Below are positions 63,801 to 64,000 of a DNA stretch of 64,000 nt, piece after piece. The DNA lies in assembly GCF_040938485.1 (NCBI RefSeq), contig NW_027271554.1:1-64000 (forward strand). Reading direction: 5' to 3'. Numbering within the stretch: the first letter of the stretch is position 1; each line of letters begins with the position of its first letter. Below the pieces are notes generated by a model. The model was not told where the DNA came from and ran no database searches. It worked only from the letters and a program-made list of their open reading frames with translations. The position numbers and the translations under genes were made by a program. Source of the stretch: Diadema antillarum. Lineage: Eukaryota.

Positions 63801-63934
63801 TGGATAGTCACAAATTTCCATCTGTGTACGACAATCCTTGATGTACTCAAACTCGCCATCGTCTGATGGCAGGATTTTATCATCATCAGTGCACCAGGGT
63901 GTCCATTCGCAAACTGGGGTCGGTGTAGTGCAAT
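54470..63934 (-). CDS. Mucin gene 2, 5'-incomplete and multi-exon: CysD, long PTS minisatellite, CysD, short PTS, CTCK
   Basis: Six minus-strand exons with compatible phases (1-2, 2-1, 1-2, 2-1, 1-0, 0-stop) join into one frame with the same motifs as gene 1. Confidence 0.88.
54782..54835. repeat. (CTA)n(TAA)n compound microsatellite
   Basis: Direct reading. Confidence 0.9.
55530..55708 (-). CDS. Gene 2 CTCK exon 1 (179 bp, phase 1-0): ...CEPC...C...CSGYC...NHE
   Basis: Boundaries TGTGTAG|AG and GAG|GTGATT, CxGxC motif. Confidence 0.86.
55895..55979. mobile_element. 85-bp internally deleted relative of the 43520 MITE
   Basis: GGCCTAAATTCACGAAGGTGGTACAA...CATAGTTTAAACCATG...GTGAATTCGAGCC matches both ends and the sub-terminal motif. 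Confidence 0.65.
56317..56486 (-). CDS. Gene 2 exon (170 bp, phase 2-1): (R)FLCCRNVTVGVTC...TPSETPSETPTRTP
   Basis: Boundaries GTCCGCAG|G and CCAG|GTCAGC. Parallels FLCCKNVTVG in gene 1. Confidence 0.86.
57295..57408 (-). repeat. Dispersed ~110-bp repeat, probable retroposon 3' end with an (AAATG)n tail, copy 1
   Basis: Direct repeat of 59030-59143, with a (TTTCA)n run on the + strand at the left end. Confidence 0.55.
57771..58315. mobile_element. Fold-back/MITE-like element with ~120-bp inverted termini
   Basis: 57771-57890 is the reverse complement, with scattered mismatches, of about 58196-58315 (AGTTTGGGTTGATCTTTACTCTGTTCTTAC...). No clear TSD. Confidence 0.65.
58630..58909 (-). CDS. 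Gene 2 CysD exon (280 bp, phase 1-2): ECRNETICEWTPWCDDE...CLDYRVR
   Basis: Same length and phases as gene 1 exon 44061-44340 and clearly similar in protein sequence. Donor GTGAG|GTAGGG; the acceptor CGCAAG|AA is weak. Confidence 0.82.
58938..59030. repeat. (ATT/ATC/GTT)n degenerate trinucleotide microsatellite
   Basis: Direct reading. Confidence 0.9.
59030..59143 (-). repeat. Dispersed ~110-bp repeat, copy 2
   Basis: Shares ATACAATATGACATTTGCA...AAAGTAAAGTACAATGTGACTTTTG.ATATTCAAATG with 57295-57408. Confidence 0.55.
59879..60066. repeat. Short element with degenerate TTAGGG repeats and 12-bp inverted ends
   Basis: GGGCAATTACCC ... (TTAGGG-like)n ... GGGTAGTTGCCC. Confidence 0.55.
60425..61930 (-). 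repeat. Coding 24-bp minisatellite with a 288-bp higher-order period
   Basis: On the + strand the unit is of the type CCTGGAGCAGGTGGTGTTGTAGTT. Variant runs recur every 12 units. Confidence 0.95.
60425..61974 (-). CDS. Gene 2 PTS exon (1550 bp, phase 2-1): (R)FYCCDTPTLPPTC then about 62 octapeptide repeats of the TTTPPAPG type
   Basis: Boundaries TTGTCTTAG|A TTT TAT TGC TGC and CCAG|GTATTG. 516 full codons in frame with track ORF 60399..61763. Confidence 0.88.
62800..63615 (-). mobile_element. Degenerate, 5'-truncated non-LTR retrotransposon (L2/CR1-like LINE) ORF2 fragment
   Basis: Minus strand reads NYRPISILPTVSKIIERAVHQQL...NQSGFRPFHSTSTAL, then TKCLGVLIDEELKW and LYNSLVLPQFDYC...KLQKIQKKAA...LKW, all typical LINE RT and C-terminal motifs. 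Contains frameshifts and lacks the catalytic core. Boundaries are approximate. Confidence 0.85.
63387..63455. mobile_element. Single end (~70 bp) of the 249-bp MITE family inside the LINE
   Basis: GAAGAGTTTGTTCGCAAAAACCGACAAGTCCATTTTTGAAGATTTTGAAGTACGGTCTCTGTCATA matches the reverse complement of the right end of MITE copies such as 42375-42440. Confidence 0.75.
63661..63934 (-). CDS. Gene 2 CysD exon (274 bp, phase 1-2): DCTTPTPVCEWTPWCTDDD...CLDYQIR
   Basis: Hand-translated, absent from the ORF track. Boundaries ACGCAG|AT and ATCAG|GTATGA, 90 open codons with a WTPW motif. Confidence 0.85.
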
Positions 63935-64000
63935 CTGCGTTTCAGAAACAAATGTTAAAAATGACTTTACGTTTAATAATAGGCGCCGCAGATGGTGCGA

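Noticed and set aside
1-64000. Assigning a gene symbol (MUC2/MUC5AC/MUC5B) or a species
   Set aside because: The N-termini lie outside the window, the architecture differs from the vertebrate genes, and orthology and taxon cannot be established without searches.

Overview
AT-rich, intron-containing animal genomic DNA. A marine invertebrate such as an echinoderm is my guess from repeat style only and is not verifiable here. The window holds the 3' parts of two paralogous secreted, gel-forming-type mucin genes arranged tail-to-tail, with a 223-N scaffold gap between them. Gene 1 (+, enters at base 1, stop at 48593) consists mostly of at least 32 tandem exon+intron cassettes. Each exon is a symmetric phase 1-1 exon, usually 432 bp, encoding one WxxW/CysD domain plus a short Pro/Thr tail. 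The cassettes form array A (~1095-bp unit, 1-11992) and array B (~1508/1773-bp units, 11993-43146), joined by a chimeric exon. A two-exon CysD and a two-exon C-terminal cystine knot (CTCK) follow. Gene 2 (-, enters from beyond 64000, stop at 54470) has the same terminal exon architecture, but its expanded region is a single 1550-bp exon of about 62 24-bp TTTPPAPG repeats. Introns carry several MITE-like elements, a LINE fragment whose RT core is replaced by a MITE end, and microsatellites. Most entries in the ORF track are exon read-throughs or shadow frames of these repeats. Exon boundaries were read by eye from GT/AG sites and frame continuity, with no transcript evidence.
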